Positions 24,420 through 35,700 of a stretch of DNA of 64,000 bases are shown piece by piece. Origin of the DNA: Marsupella aquatica (taxonomy: Eukaryota > Plantae > Marchantiophyta); contig OZ316891.1 of the NCBI GenBank assembly GCA_973895155.1, positions 5,365,708-5,429,707 of the forward strand, in the 5' to 3' direction. Below the pieces are notes generated by a model that was given only the letters and a program-made list of their open reading frames with translations, was not told the origin of the DNA and searched no databases. Every line of letters begins with the position of its first letter. Within the stretch, counting starts at the first letter, position 1. The position numbers were made by a program, and so were the translations under genes.

Positions 24420-25701
24420 GTCTAATCCGTCCTATACAATGGCCTGCTGGATTCTGATAACGCAAACCAAATCAAGAAGCTACCTGGTCACTTGAGTAAA
24501 AGCTGGAATTTCTACACAGCCCCAACTACTACTCCAAAGAAGCTCGTGGGGAAGAGTAGAATTTCTGCCAAGTGAGAAGAACTAAAAAGGCATCGAGCTG
24601 CAAACGCATGAGAGAGAAATGAACTACAAAGGCATGTGAGGGGAACAAGGAACAGGCGCACGCGACAAAGCTCCCGGTAGAAACCAAGTCACCGTCGTCT
24701 GGAGCCGGTAGGCCGTCACGTGAAAACCTGTTGTTTGAGGGTGAGGAACGACCATGGAACCCTGGAGGGCTAATGGGAGAGATCTCCAATCAGGGGGCGT
24801 ACGGAAAGGGGTTTCATAAGCCCGAGGGCGAATGGAACACAGTCCTTATGTTGAGTTTTCTTTTCAGTGAAGGTGAACTTTGAGAGGCAAATGGGGTAAT
24901 AGATCCTTTCATCTGTAAAGAGCAATATCCGCATTGCAATTATTGGAGTCAAGGATAACAAGTGGGGATTAGCAGCAGAGGAAGAGAAAATAGTCAAAAG
25001 CGGGGTTTGAAATTAAAACTGCTTTACGGTAGTTGGCCCTCATATGTATACATCCTCAACTAACCATGGTTAAATGCTACCATAACCTGATTTAAAAGAA
25101 ATTAACCATGGTTAGAAACTGTGGTTACAAGTCAACTGCGCAGTTTTCCTCATTTTTACACAGAATGTAATTTTACCGACTGAGACGGACTGCACAATGC
25201 GGAGGTCCATCTAAGATCCAAATTTGCTAGACACAGTCCAAATTTCCGCAAGTTGTATCGGGATATGGATGCATTAGGGGAAAAAAATAGATTTCTCAAA
25301 ATCAGAACTTCCCGGTAGGTCGGACACGGTGTTCCTTATTAGTGGTTGCCATACCTTGAAGTATTAAAGGGCTAATTTGTGTTGTAAATGCCACATGTCA
25401 TGTTCTGAGTGCATTAGGATGGGATCGATCCACGCCTGCGGAAACGTCTTACTGTAAACAAGAGAAGGCCTTGGTGATTATTGGCTACCAAGGTTTGTGC
25501 CATTTCTTGTGCCATTTCTTGTGCCATTTCTTACGGAGTTCAGGAAAGAAAGTTAAGGCCTCAACCCATACTTGCTATCAACTTTCACACCCGCAAAAGG
25601 AACAGACTGACGACTACTAATGCTTGGCCCTCACTAGTATATAAGGTGGCTGCCTGGCCTCTCTTTCTCACAATCCAGTCGATTAACGCCCTTCGAGCTC
25701 G

Positions 25702-25995
25702 TTGCTTTCATCTGGTCCGCATTTCCCGGCGGCTGCCCCACTTCTGCCGAATTGCTATCATCTGCATTGCGTTGTGTCTGCGTTGTTCGTGGGTTCCTGG
25801 ACTGCTTTCATCTGGTCGGCATCTCCCGGCTGCTGCCCCACTTCTGGCGAGGTCCTTTCATCTGCATTACGTTGTTTCTGCGTTGTTCGTGAGTTCCTGG
25901 ACTGGTTTCATCTGGTCGGCATCTCCCGGCTGCTGGCGAATTGCTTTCATCTGCATTACGTTGTTTGTGCGTTGTTCGTGAGTTCCTGGATTGGA
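25702..25995. repeat. ~99-bp tandem units, paralogous to 2978-3275
   Basis: Same tttcatctggt...gagttcctgga units; the third unit is shortened. Confidence 0.8.
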
Positions 25996-26177
25996 AAGTT
26001 AGTCTGTTGTAGTCATCATCCTGTTGTAGCTCTTCTGTATATCTTCTCCGACTGATCTACAAGGACAGGACCAGGCTTAGAAAGACCAAGAGAGACAGCG
26101 TGGTCTGTGCATCGGTCCGTTTCTATTCCAATTAAGTTTACATTTTGGGTGCCGATAGAAGCTGTACAGCTCGCGCA

Positions 26178-29129
26178 ATGGATACCAAGCATCTCAGTCA
26201 TGTTCTGGATACTAATGTGCACGAGAGTGATGGCGGTGACCAAGTTGCTTTCAATAAGGAGAAATGGCAGGCTGTCACCAACGTGAGGGAGGAAAAACAG
26301 CGAAAAACCAAATTGAAGTCTTCCGCACCAGACGCGGGTGTAGACGATGAGGAGGCTGCTCGTCCAACTGGAGACGACAATGCTGGAGAGGTAGATGGGT
26401 GTAAGGTAGATCCGTTACTCCAGAACAGGAAAGAGCAGCCTATCGTGAATGAGGAGGTTGCTGCTTGCGACGAAGCTGCTCACCCAAGTGCAGACGAGAA
26501 TGCTGGTACTGGTGTAGAGGTAGCCGAGGATGATTTGACTTCCAATTCTCTCGTCGTGCTCCAGAGCACCGCTGAAAACAGGAAGGCGGAAGCGTCGGTG
26601 AATCAGGAGGTTGCTGCTGGTGACGAGGCTACTCGTCCAAGTGGAGAAGAGAATGCTGGTGCGGGTGTAGACGTAGGGGAGGATAAGAGGGCAATCACTT
26701 TGACTCCGAATTCTTGCGTAGTGCTCCAGAGGAACGCCGAAAACAGGATGCCTCAACCAATAGTGAATCAGGAGGTTGCAGCTGGTGACGAGGCTGCTTA
26801 TGCAAGTGCAGACGAGAAGGTTGCAGCTGGTGACGAGGCTGCTTATGCAAGTGCAGACGAGCACGCTGGTGCGGGTGGAGAGGGAGTGGAGGATAAGAGG
26901 ACAACTACTTTGACTCGTAGTTATTGCAAAGTGCTCCAGAGCAAGGCCGAAAGCAGGAAAGTGCAACCGATAGTGAATCAGAAGATTGCTGCTGGTGACG
27001 AGGCTGCTCGTCCAAGTGCAGACGGGAATGCTGGTGCCGATTCAAATCGATCAAATCCAAGTGAGGACGAGAATGCAAGAAAGGTAGATGGGTTTGAGGT
27101 AGTAGATGGGTTTGAGGTAAATACGCTGCTGCAGAAGCCAAACACGGAGAAGGTGGTCACCAACGCGAAGCAGGGAGATGCAGCACCAGATGCGGGTGTA
27201 GAGGCAATCGATATCAAGCATGGCAATCATGTTGTGGCTATCAATGCTAATGGGAGTGATGGTGGTGACCAAGATGTTGCTATCAGTAAGGAGGGATGGC
27301 AGACAGTCACGAATGTGAAGAAGCCAAAACAGCAAGAAGCAAAACTGAATTCTGCAGGTGCGGGTGTTGATAATAATTGGGGAATTAGTTTGACTACAAA
27401 TTCTTTTGTACTGCTCCAAAGCTATGCTCCAAACGAGGCTGCTCACTCAAGTGGAGACGAGAACACAGCGAAAGTGGTCACCAACGCGAAGAAACGAAGA
27501 CTGCGAAAAGCAAAACTGGCTCGGCGTGTAGAGGTAGCGGAGGAGAAGGGGGCAATTAGTTTGACTCCGAATTCTTGCGCAGTGCTCCAAAGCAATACAG
27601 AAAACACTAGGACGCAACTTATGGTGACTCCGGACGTAGCTGATGGTGGAGAGGCTGCTCATTCAAGTGGAGACGACAACACAGAGAACGTCATCGCAGT
27701 GCCCCAAAGCAATGCTGAAAACACTAGGACGCAACTTATGGTGACACTGGACGCAGCTGATGGTGGAGAGGCTGCTCATTCAAGTGGAGGCGAGAACACA
27801 GAGAACGTGGTCACCAACGCGAAGAAACGAAGACTGCGAAAAGCAAAACTGGCTCGGCGTTTAGAGGTAGCGGAGGCGAAGGGGGCAATTAGTTTGAGTC
27901 CGAATTCTTGCGTAGTGCCCCAAAGCAATGCTGAAAACATTAAGACGCAACTTATGGTGATTCCGGACCTAGCTGATGGTGGAGAGGCTGCTCATTCAAG
28001 TGGAGACGACAACACAGAGAACTTGGTCACCAGCGCGAAGAAACAAAGACTGCGAAAAGCAAAACTGGCTCGGCGTTTAGAGGTAGCGGAGGAGAAGGGG
28101 GCAATTAGTTTGAGTCCGAATTCTTGCGTAGAGCCCCAAAGCAATGCTGAAGACAGTAAGACGCAACTTATGGTGACTCCGGACGTAGCTGATGGTGGAG
28201 AGGCTGCTCATTCAAGTGGGGACTCAAGTGCTGAAGTTGTGGACGGGTTTCAGGTGAATGGGAAGCCAAGCACGGAGAAGGTAGTCACTAACGCGAAGAA
28301 ACGAAGACAGCGAAAAACAAAATTAGAGTCTGCCGCACCAGGTGCGGGTGTCGAGGTCGCACCAGGTGCTGGTGTAGAAGTAACAGAGGATAAGGGGGGA
28401 ATTAGTTTGAGTCCGAATTCTTGCGTAGTGTCCCAAAGCAATGCTGAAAACAGGAAGACGCAACTTATGGTGACTCCGGACTTAGCTGATGGTGAAGAGG
28501 CTGCTCATTCAAGTGCGGACCCAAGTGCTGGAGAGGTAGACGGGTTTCAGGTGAATGGGAAGCCAAGCACGGAGAAGGTGGTCACTAATGCGAAGAAACG
28601 AAGACAGCGAAAATCAAAAGTAAAGTCTGCCACACCAGGTGCCGGTGTTGAGGTAACACAGGATAAGAGGAAAATGGATTTGAACTTCAGCCTGATCAAG
28701 CGGGCTTACTCTGGCCTCGTAAAGCTTTATTTTGACCTTACTAGGCCGGTTTCCAGGATGGTTGTTAGGGCGTTTGAATTGCGGTTGAGAGAAGCGGAGC
28801 GAATGGTAGAGCTCAGAGCAGACCAGCAAGAGTTGGACCGGGAACTGGAGGAGCTGCCTGCAGAGATTCCAGTTTTTTACCCCACTTTTTGTCCTTCCGA
28901 GGGACTGAGCGAAGCCCAAGTGAGTGCTTTACGACGACGGATTAATTGTGGAGGGCGTAATGACAGGGAAACGGAAAGACAGTGTCCAATATGTAATGAC
29001 GAGTTTTTCCAGGGGCAGAGTACAGCCAGGCTCCCTGTTTATCAAGTGGTACACCTTGACTGTGTACCCCTTGGCTCACAAAGCATGACCCATGTCCATA
29101 GTGTAGGGCAGAATGACATAGTCATCTGA
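26178..29129 (+). CDS. Repeat-rich protein with a degenerate RING-H2 remnant (paralog 2, ~983 aa from the first ATG)
   Basis: Highly similar to 3456-5633, with extra in-frame copies of the VVTNAKKRRLRKAKLARR...AAHSSG module. Confidence 0.6.
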   Translation: MDTKHLSHVLDTNVHESDGGDQVAFNKEKWQAVTNVREEKQRKTKLKSSAPDAGVDDEEAARPTGDDNAGEVDGCKVDPLLQNRKEQPIVNEEVAACDEAAHPSADENAGTGVEVAEDDLTSNSLVVLQSTAENRKAEASVNQEVAAGDEATRPSGEENAGAGVDVGEDKRAITLTPNSCVVLQRNAENRMPQPIVNQEVAAGDEAAYASADEKVAAGDEAAYASADEHAGAGGEGVEDKRTTTLTRSYCKVLQSKAESRKVQPIVNQKIAAGDEAARPSADGNAGADSNRSNPSEDENARKVDGFEVVDGFEVNTLLQKPNTEKVVTNAKQGDAAPDAGVEAIDIKHGNHVVAINANGSDGGDQDVAISKEGWQTVTNVKKPKQQEAKLNSAGAGVDNNWGISLTTNSFVLLQSYAPNEAAHSSGDENTAKVVTNAKKRRLRKAKLARRVEVAEEKGAISLTPNSCAVLQSNTENTRTQLMVTPDVADGGEAAHSSGDDNTENVIAVPQSNAENTRTQLMVTLDAADGGEAAHSSGGENTENVVTNAKKRRLRKAKLARRLEVAEAKGAISLSPNSCVVPQSNAENIKTQLMVIPDLADGGEAAHSSGDDNTENLVTSAKKQRLRKAKLARRLEVAEEKGAISLSPNSCVEPQSNAEDSKTQLMVTPDVADGGEAAHSSGDSSAEVVDGFQVNGKPSTEKVVTNAKKRRQRKTKLESAAPGAGVEVAPGAGVEVTEDKGGISLSPNSCVVSQSNAENRKTQLMVTPDLADGEEAAHSSADPSAGEVDGFQVNGKPSTEKVVTNAKKRRQRKSKVKSATPGAGVEVTQDKRKMDLNFSLIKRAYSGLVKLYFDLTRPVSRMVVRAFELRLREAERMVELRADQQELDRELEELPAEIPVFYPTFCPSEGLSEAQVSALRRRINCGGRNDRETERQCPICNDEFFQGQSTARLPVYQVVHLDCVPLGSQSMTHVHSVGQNDIVI

Positions 29130-29904
29130 AACTAGAGGAGTAGTCTACAAACTGGCGTGTCAAGTTGAAATGCTAGAGCTCCTTTAGTGTTGCCATGATG
29201 CCCAGCTTCTCAGAGTATCACTGTTTAAACAGGTTTAGGATTCTACTAGCTTGGGACCAGCGGATAGGAAAACTAGCTAGCTTCGATCTTTAGGTGCATA
29301 GTTTTCTTTTTGATTAATTTGTCGTTGTGTTGTGTATGTTTGTGGTTGCGACCATGTGGTGAATCAGAATAATACCCATTGTCGTGGAGCCTTGTTCACT
29401 ATTTCAAAGCTAACACAAATGCACTATTTCAAAGCTAACACAAATGAATGAATTCTTTAGATTTCAGACTGATTTTGATTTAATTAATTTATGTACATGT
29501 AGCAATGAGATGCTTTGTGTTGACAGTCACGAGACTCCGGAGACGGTCACCATCCCTATATATAGGACTCGTGAATTTGCGTATAATATTATATATTAGA
29601 CTTGGAGTACACTACGGACATAGATCAGATCTGTTCACAGTCCTTTCAGAAACAACGACTCAAAGTGTAGAGATCGAGCTGTTTGATGCCAGTTGTTTTG
29701 TTTCACATCAAAGAACACCAACAAGAGCTAAAGCCTAGTTTCCAGACGTAGAATTGTTTGTCCTGTTCAAACGTTTTACAAGAAACGAATGCATAGATAG
29801 TGCGAATGGTAGTTCTCTGAGAGATCGATCTCTTTATTATAGACTGGTAGCCGATAAATCTCATAGTAAGGACTGATGTTAATAGGGCTTTTGCACAGAG
29901 CTGT

Positions 29905-30265
29905 GGCGGGACCTCAACAATGTTGTGCTTGTTGTCAAAGTAATCGATCAGTATGACCGCCATAATTCTGTCCATATGGTATTCTAAGAACTAATTTGCC
30001 TCTGCATTCTCAGGGGTAACGACGTTCACGCCACAATTTGATCTTCAACCGTACCCTCTTACTATTTCGTCTTGGGCTTTGTGTGGATACATGCTCGAGA
30101 TAGTCGTGATCTCGCTCTCCATACTAGCTTTTTCCTGTTGGTCGATCAATATGCCCCTTGCCAAGCTGATGAGGTGGCCGCACTCCTTGTTGTGAAGAAC
30201 TTCTCATACAGGAAAGCCCTTGCCTGGGCTGGCATGACAGGTTGGTGACTTTCGTTGGATCCACT
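29905..30265 (-). pseudogene. P4H: P4H pseudogene fragment, copy 2
   Basis: Paralog of 6440-6820 (gtggatccaacgaaagtcacc; RAFLYEKFFT; CGHLISLA; further frameshifts). Confidence 0.8.
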
Positions 30266-30269
30266 GCGA

Positions 30270-30364
30270 ACTCTTAAGGGGTCAGACGCCATGGCCTGTA
30301 TTTCAGCAGATTTGGAGGGGATGCTAACTGAAATACAGGCCATGGCGTCTGACTCCTTAAGAGT
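30270..30364. repeat. Inverted repeat: 37-bp arms (36/37) and a 21-nt loop
   Basis: actcttaaggggtcagacgccatggcctgtatttcag ... ctgaaatacaggccatggcgtctgactccttaagagt. Confidence 0.95.
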
Positions 30365-32726
30365 AGAACGAAAGTAGAATTTCCCTGGAGCAAGTGGGCC
30401 CCCATGACTGATTACTTCATATATTTGGGACTTGGCCTCACTGCCACAAGCTCTCAGCGATTTGAAGAACCAGCAACCAGTTGTGATCATGACTTCGGAT
30501 GTCCTTTTGAAGGGGGGCTGAATCTTCATAAGAAATGAAAGCTTCCCTAAAATGAAATTAATAACAGCACGGATCTGTATACACACTGTCTTCAAGGCCT
30601 CATCAGCAGAAGCGGCATCTCCAAGGCAACAAACACATCTAGTGAACACCACAGTCGGAAAGGGGAACAAAGAAAAGCGAGGGCTGCAGACGCGCGATAA
30701 TTACATTTCATCATCTGCCGCGGATCTGGTCTTTCCTTTGCTTAAGCTTCCGAACGAATATGTGCACTTCATTGATGAAAACCTAGTGAAAATGGAGTAT
30801 TAATGGACCAGGGCTGAATTGGTAACTTATATACAGCCGTTGTGCCCGTGGTTAGCATGGTCTCATTTCGGTTCCTTGTATACATTTTAATTATTGAAGG
30901 AAACGCATGACATCTCTAGCTAGCCCCATGTACACCTCAAAAGTAAAACTCTTAATTATCTCCTCCAAGCACTAGTGTACCAAATAGAGTGGAGCAATTA
31001 ACTTCGATCGCAGTACACTGGGCCTTCCATTTGTTTGTTTTCTACGAAGAGTTCTTGCTCGCCATATACTCCTCTACCTCTACTCTACCTCTACTCCTAC
31101 CTTCAGAACTGCAACAACAAAAATTACAAGGCAAATAGCCGCACTACCCGCTTCGTCTTCCTCATATATAGTACTCTCAGAGTGCAGAAAGCTCGATATG
31201 CCCCTTGAATTCTAGCCCCGATTCTAGCCATCCAGTCCAAGCTCGAACTGTGTGGTCAAGAATTAATAAGCAACACACTCACTCCGAAACTTATCTTCCA
31301 CTCCAAGTAAACCCATACATCTAATCAATGAATCAATGAATGCATGCGAGGCCTTACATAGCTATACTCTCACTGTGTACATTATTTACTATTTAGATAT
31401 CAATAAATTAATAAATCGTGATATCTACAAAAGTTTCACAAAATCTCAGCTTTAATAGTCCCATTAAAACCCACTCTTTTTACTTTGTCCTTCATTTGAT
31501 TGAGGCTAAGTGCATGGTACTACATTACTAGGTAAACATACTATGAAGTCCAATTTCAAAATAAATGTTTCACTCCAGCCAGGATTGCTTAGTAGGGAAA
31601 GGGAGACCAACGCCAGCCCCATTAGTTGGTTTAGGTTTAGTCTAAAGGGCTAAAGGAGACTGTTTTGATTTATGGAAAGTGGAGGGGACTGTCCCACAAT
31701 CTTGCAATGAGAAAATTTGGCTAAAAGCTGAGGCAGGAGGAAGGTGCCGAGGATCTGTCTTGAGGGTAGGTTCGATTTGCATTGATAGCTGCTCCTACCC
31801 TCAGCCATCAGATCAGATCTATAGCTCTAATGGTAGGTCTCTTTGAGATCTATGCCTGTGAAAAAAAGCAGGCAAGATGTTGGATATTTTGTGAGAAATA
31901 ACAAAAAAACAAATGGTACAATCTGATTGGCTGAATTTGAAATTTGAATTTTGAGGGGAAGGGTCGATCTGAGCCGTCTGCATTTCTGGTCTTCATCTAG
32001 TCCTTCCATCATAGTGGCCACTGTATGGCTCAAAAGGAAGACCTCAAAGAGATCTATGGATGGGTTTTCTCAGTTTTGTAAATGGGTTAACATTTTTCAA
32101 ATGAAAAATAAAACAAATCCAAGCCCTCCTAGCCATCGATTTTGTTGGTTTTAAGATCTTTGCCGTCTATTTTGTATTGCCTCTAGAAATCTTATCCATC
32201 CATGTTAGAAGGTGATCTCGGGTGCAAAAGAAAGATCTCAATGAGTTTGACTGGGTATTTCTGTTTCAAAAATGAGTAAAATATTTTTGATATTGAAATT
32301 AGGTGAAATTTCAAGCTTCCAGCCGTTCCATATCTAGATTTCTGTGCACCCTTTCAAATAATGGCTGTACAGTACCAAAGGCTTAGGGTGGCTTTACAAG
32401 AATTTGGGGGCAGCAATCTTTTTTTCCTAAATCACTATATTCATTAAAACTGAAATTATAAAGGATATAGGGAAATTTGGCGATTTAAAAAACATAATTT
32501 TAGGCATGAAAATTGTAAGTTTGGAAGATGAAAACTGAAATTCAAGCATCATTAAATGTAAATTTGGGGACAAAAAATGAAATTTTGGGAAAATAAAATA
32601 TTAAATTGGATGATATTAAAAAACATTTGGGTGATAAAAATGTTCATTTGGTTGGAAAATAAATAGAATCTAGTAATAATATATAAGCTTGGATAGCATC
32701 TATATTCAAAACATTTAGCTTGAGTA

Positions 32727-35700
32727 TGTTGAGCATAGACGACATTCGCAATGGCAAGCCCATGAACCATCCAACACACAATAGTGGACACAGAGAGATG
32801 CGTGGTTCACCTCCACATGAGGCTACGTCCACGGGAACACACAAGAGCTTTACTGCACTCTAGGCTGATCGGCCATACCAAGCATCCACAGCACAAGCTC
32901 TCCTTATTTCTCAACTAGCTCCGTAACAATGAGCCTCAGTTCCACCAGGGTCTGGCATCAGACCTGGCTATATACACAATAGCACTACCGCTAACATTAG
33001 CTAAGTCCTAACCCAAGTTAGCCTAACTGTAGTTAGCTCATGAGTCACAAGACTAGAGCAATATCTAACAAACTCCCCCTTGACTCTTGTCTTGGGGACT
33101 GGACTAAATGCTACCATATGGAATCCTCAGCGGGAAGTTCTAGACAATCACCAAACCAGGTCTCCCCCTAAAAACCACAAGGGTTAACTAGAACTAAGTC
33201 GTAGTCTAACAGGAATGAGTAATCCATATACAAATAGTCACACATTGTTAAATAACTCTACTTGCACTACAACTGCAAAACCTGCAAAGTAGCACGGTGT
33301 CTTGAAAAACTCTCCAAAGGAATCACTTTGGTAAAAGCATCAACGGGATTGAGCTTTCCATCAATCTTGACTAGCTCAAAAGTTTTATCAGACACTGCTT
33401 GCTTGATAAAATGGTACCAGATATCAATGTGCTTCACCTTGCTATCCATCACCTGGTTAGCAGCCAAGTGAAGAGCACTCTAACTATCACAGTTTAGAGT
33501 CATTTTTCCATGCTCTAAACCCATCTCTGCGATCAACTTATCCAACCAAATTGCTTTCTTTGCTGCTTCTGCTACTGCAACATACTCTGCTTCTGTAGTA
33601 GACTGAGATATACACTTCTGCAAGGTAGATTTCCAACTGATACATCCTCCTCCAAGAGTGTATACAAACCCAATTGTAGACCTCCTTGTATCCAGACAGC
33701 CTCCATAGTCATAATCTACATAGCCAACTAACGTTCTATCTTATCTGTTATCAAATAGTAATCCATAGTCCTGTGTTCCCCTCACATACCTGAGAATCCA
33801 TTTCACAGCTTCCCAATGTACCTTCCCTGGATTTGACATGAATATGCTGACCTTGCCCATCGCTAGGGCCAAGTCAGGCCTAGTACAAGTCATCAAATAC
33901 ATCAGACTGCCTACTGCCTTCTCAAAAGGAATCTTAGCCATCAGACCTTTCTCCACAGCATCCGTAGGAGAGAAAGCTGATGATAACTTGAAATGTGAAG
34001 CTAAAGGAATACTCACTAGCTTATAGTTTTCCATGTTGAATTGTGCAAGTACTTTCCTCGCATACTGGCCTTGACTCAAGCACAAATGTCCAGTATCAGA
34101 GTTCCTAAAAATCTCCATCCCTAAGATCCTCTTGGCCTTACCAAGATCCTTCATCCTGAATTCAACACTCAATTTTGCCTTGAGACTGTCAACCTCAGAT
34201 TGATCTTTAGCCACAATTAGCATGTCATCCACATAGATTACCAGAATGATGAAACCAAATACATCATTCTTGATTGATTTCGTATACACACAAGGATCAT
34301 ACACCATCCTTGTAAAACCTTAAGCAAGCATGAAATCATCAAATCGCTTGTTCTACTGTCTGGGAGATTGCTTCAATCCATACAAAGACTTGAGCAATCT
34401 GCAAACTAAGTTCTCTTGGCCCTTCTTCATAAAGCCTAGTGGTTGTCTCATGAAGATCAACTCTTCCAAGTTGCCATAGAGAAAAGCAGTAACAACATCC
34501 ATCTGATCCATCATCAAACCAAAAAATACAACAAGTTGACACAAGATCCGAATTGTGGAATACTTAGCCACCGGTGAAAAGACCTCATTGTAATCCACTC
34601 CTTTCTCCTGAGTGAATCCCTTGGCAACAAGCCTTGCCTTGTAGATCTTATCTCCACCCTCTGAAGGACTGTCCTTCAACTTGTAAATCCACTTGCTGTC
34701 CACCACTTGTTGACCTCTTGGAAGCTTCACCAACTCCCATATCTTGTTGTCACTCAAAGATTGCAACTCCTTCTGCATTCCTGCATTCCACTCATGCTTC
34801 TGCTTTGAAGCACAAGCCTCACTGTACAAAGAAGGCTCTCCTTCTTCCAAGATCAAAGCCATATCATCATCATCAGGTGCAATGTCAATGTCATCTAGCT
34901 TAGATGAGTTTGCCCATTGACCATACCTGGTAGGAGCTCTAGTAGACGACTGGAAGTTCTTCTAGTAGATGACTCAGGCTGATCTGCTGCTGCTACTGGT
35001 TAAATTTGAGGTACCCCAACAACAATCTGCTCCTCTTGTTCCATCACAAGAACCAGCTCCAAGCCTGGAGCTTCTCCATCTCTCCTGTCATGAACATCAT
35101 CATGACTAATCTCCCCCTCAACTCGGTCTGGATGGGAGATTTCCCCTTGTCAGTATGGGAGTCCTGAGAACTCTCCCCCTCCTTTGATGATCTGGATTCA
35201 TTAAAGGACACATCTCTACTGACAATTAGCTTACAGGTTACTGAATCCCATAACCTATAACCCTTCACACCTTTCTAATAGCCAAGGAAAATGCACTTCC
35301 TACCTCATTTCAAATGGCGTCTTGAATCCAATAGAACTGGATGGAGAAAAATTTACCAAATAAGCTGCAGTGTTGACAGCTTTAGCCCAAAACTCATGTG
35401 GTAAGCATGATTGACTCAACATACTCCTCGAGCGGTCCAATAGTGTTCGGTTCAGTCTCTCAGAAACACCATTCTGCTAAGGAGTATAACTTGTTGTGAG
35501 ATGGCGGGTAATCCCCTGCTCCTTACAATACGTTCTAAATTCCCCGGAACTGTATTCACCATCGTTATCCGATTGAAGATATCTCACTTTATTACCAGTC
35601 TGATTCTCAACTTGGGCTTTCCACTCCTTAAAAGTGGCAAAAATATCAGACTTATTGTGTAGAAAGTATATCCACACATACCTTGAGTAATCGTCAATGA

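Larger units (their letters stand above)
18162..24845. mobile_element. PIF/Harbinger DNA transposon (two-gene structure)
   Basis: 20-bp TIR gggctgtgttccattcgccc / gggcgaatggaacacagtcc (19/20); TSD TTA; convergent Myb/SANT and DDE genes; empty site in copy 1 at ~2116. Confidence 0.95.
9311..31326 (+). repeat. Segmental tandem duplication, copy 2 (expanded by insertions)
   Basis: Collinear with 816-8468; its insertions map to empty sites in copy 1. Confidence 0.9.

Noticed and set aside
31327-32726. Left terminus of the Sola-like element
   Set aside because: No inverted match to any downstream segment was found by eye.
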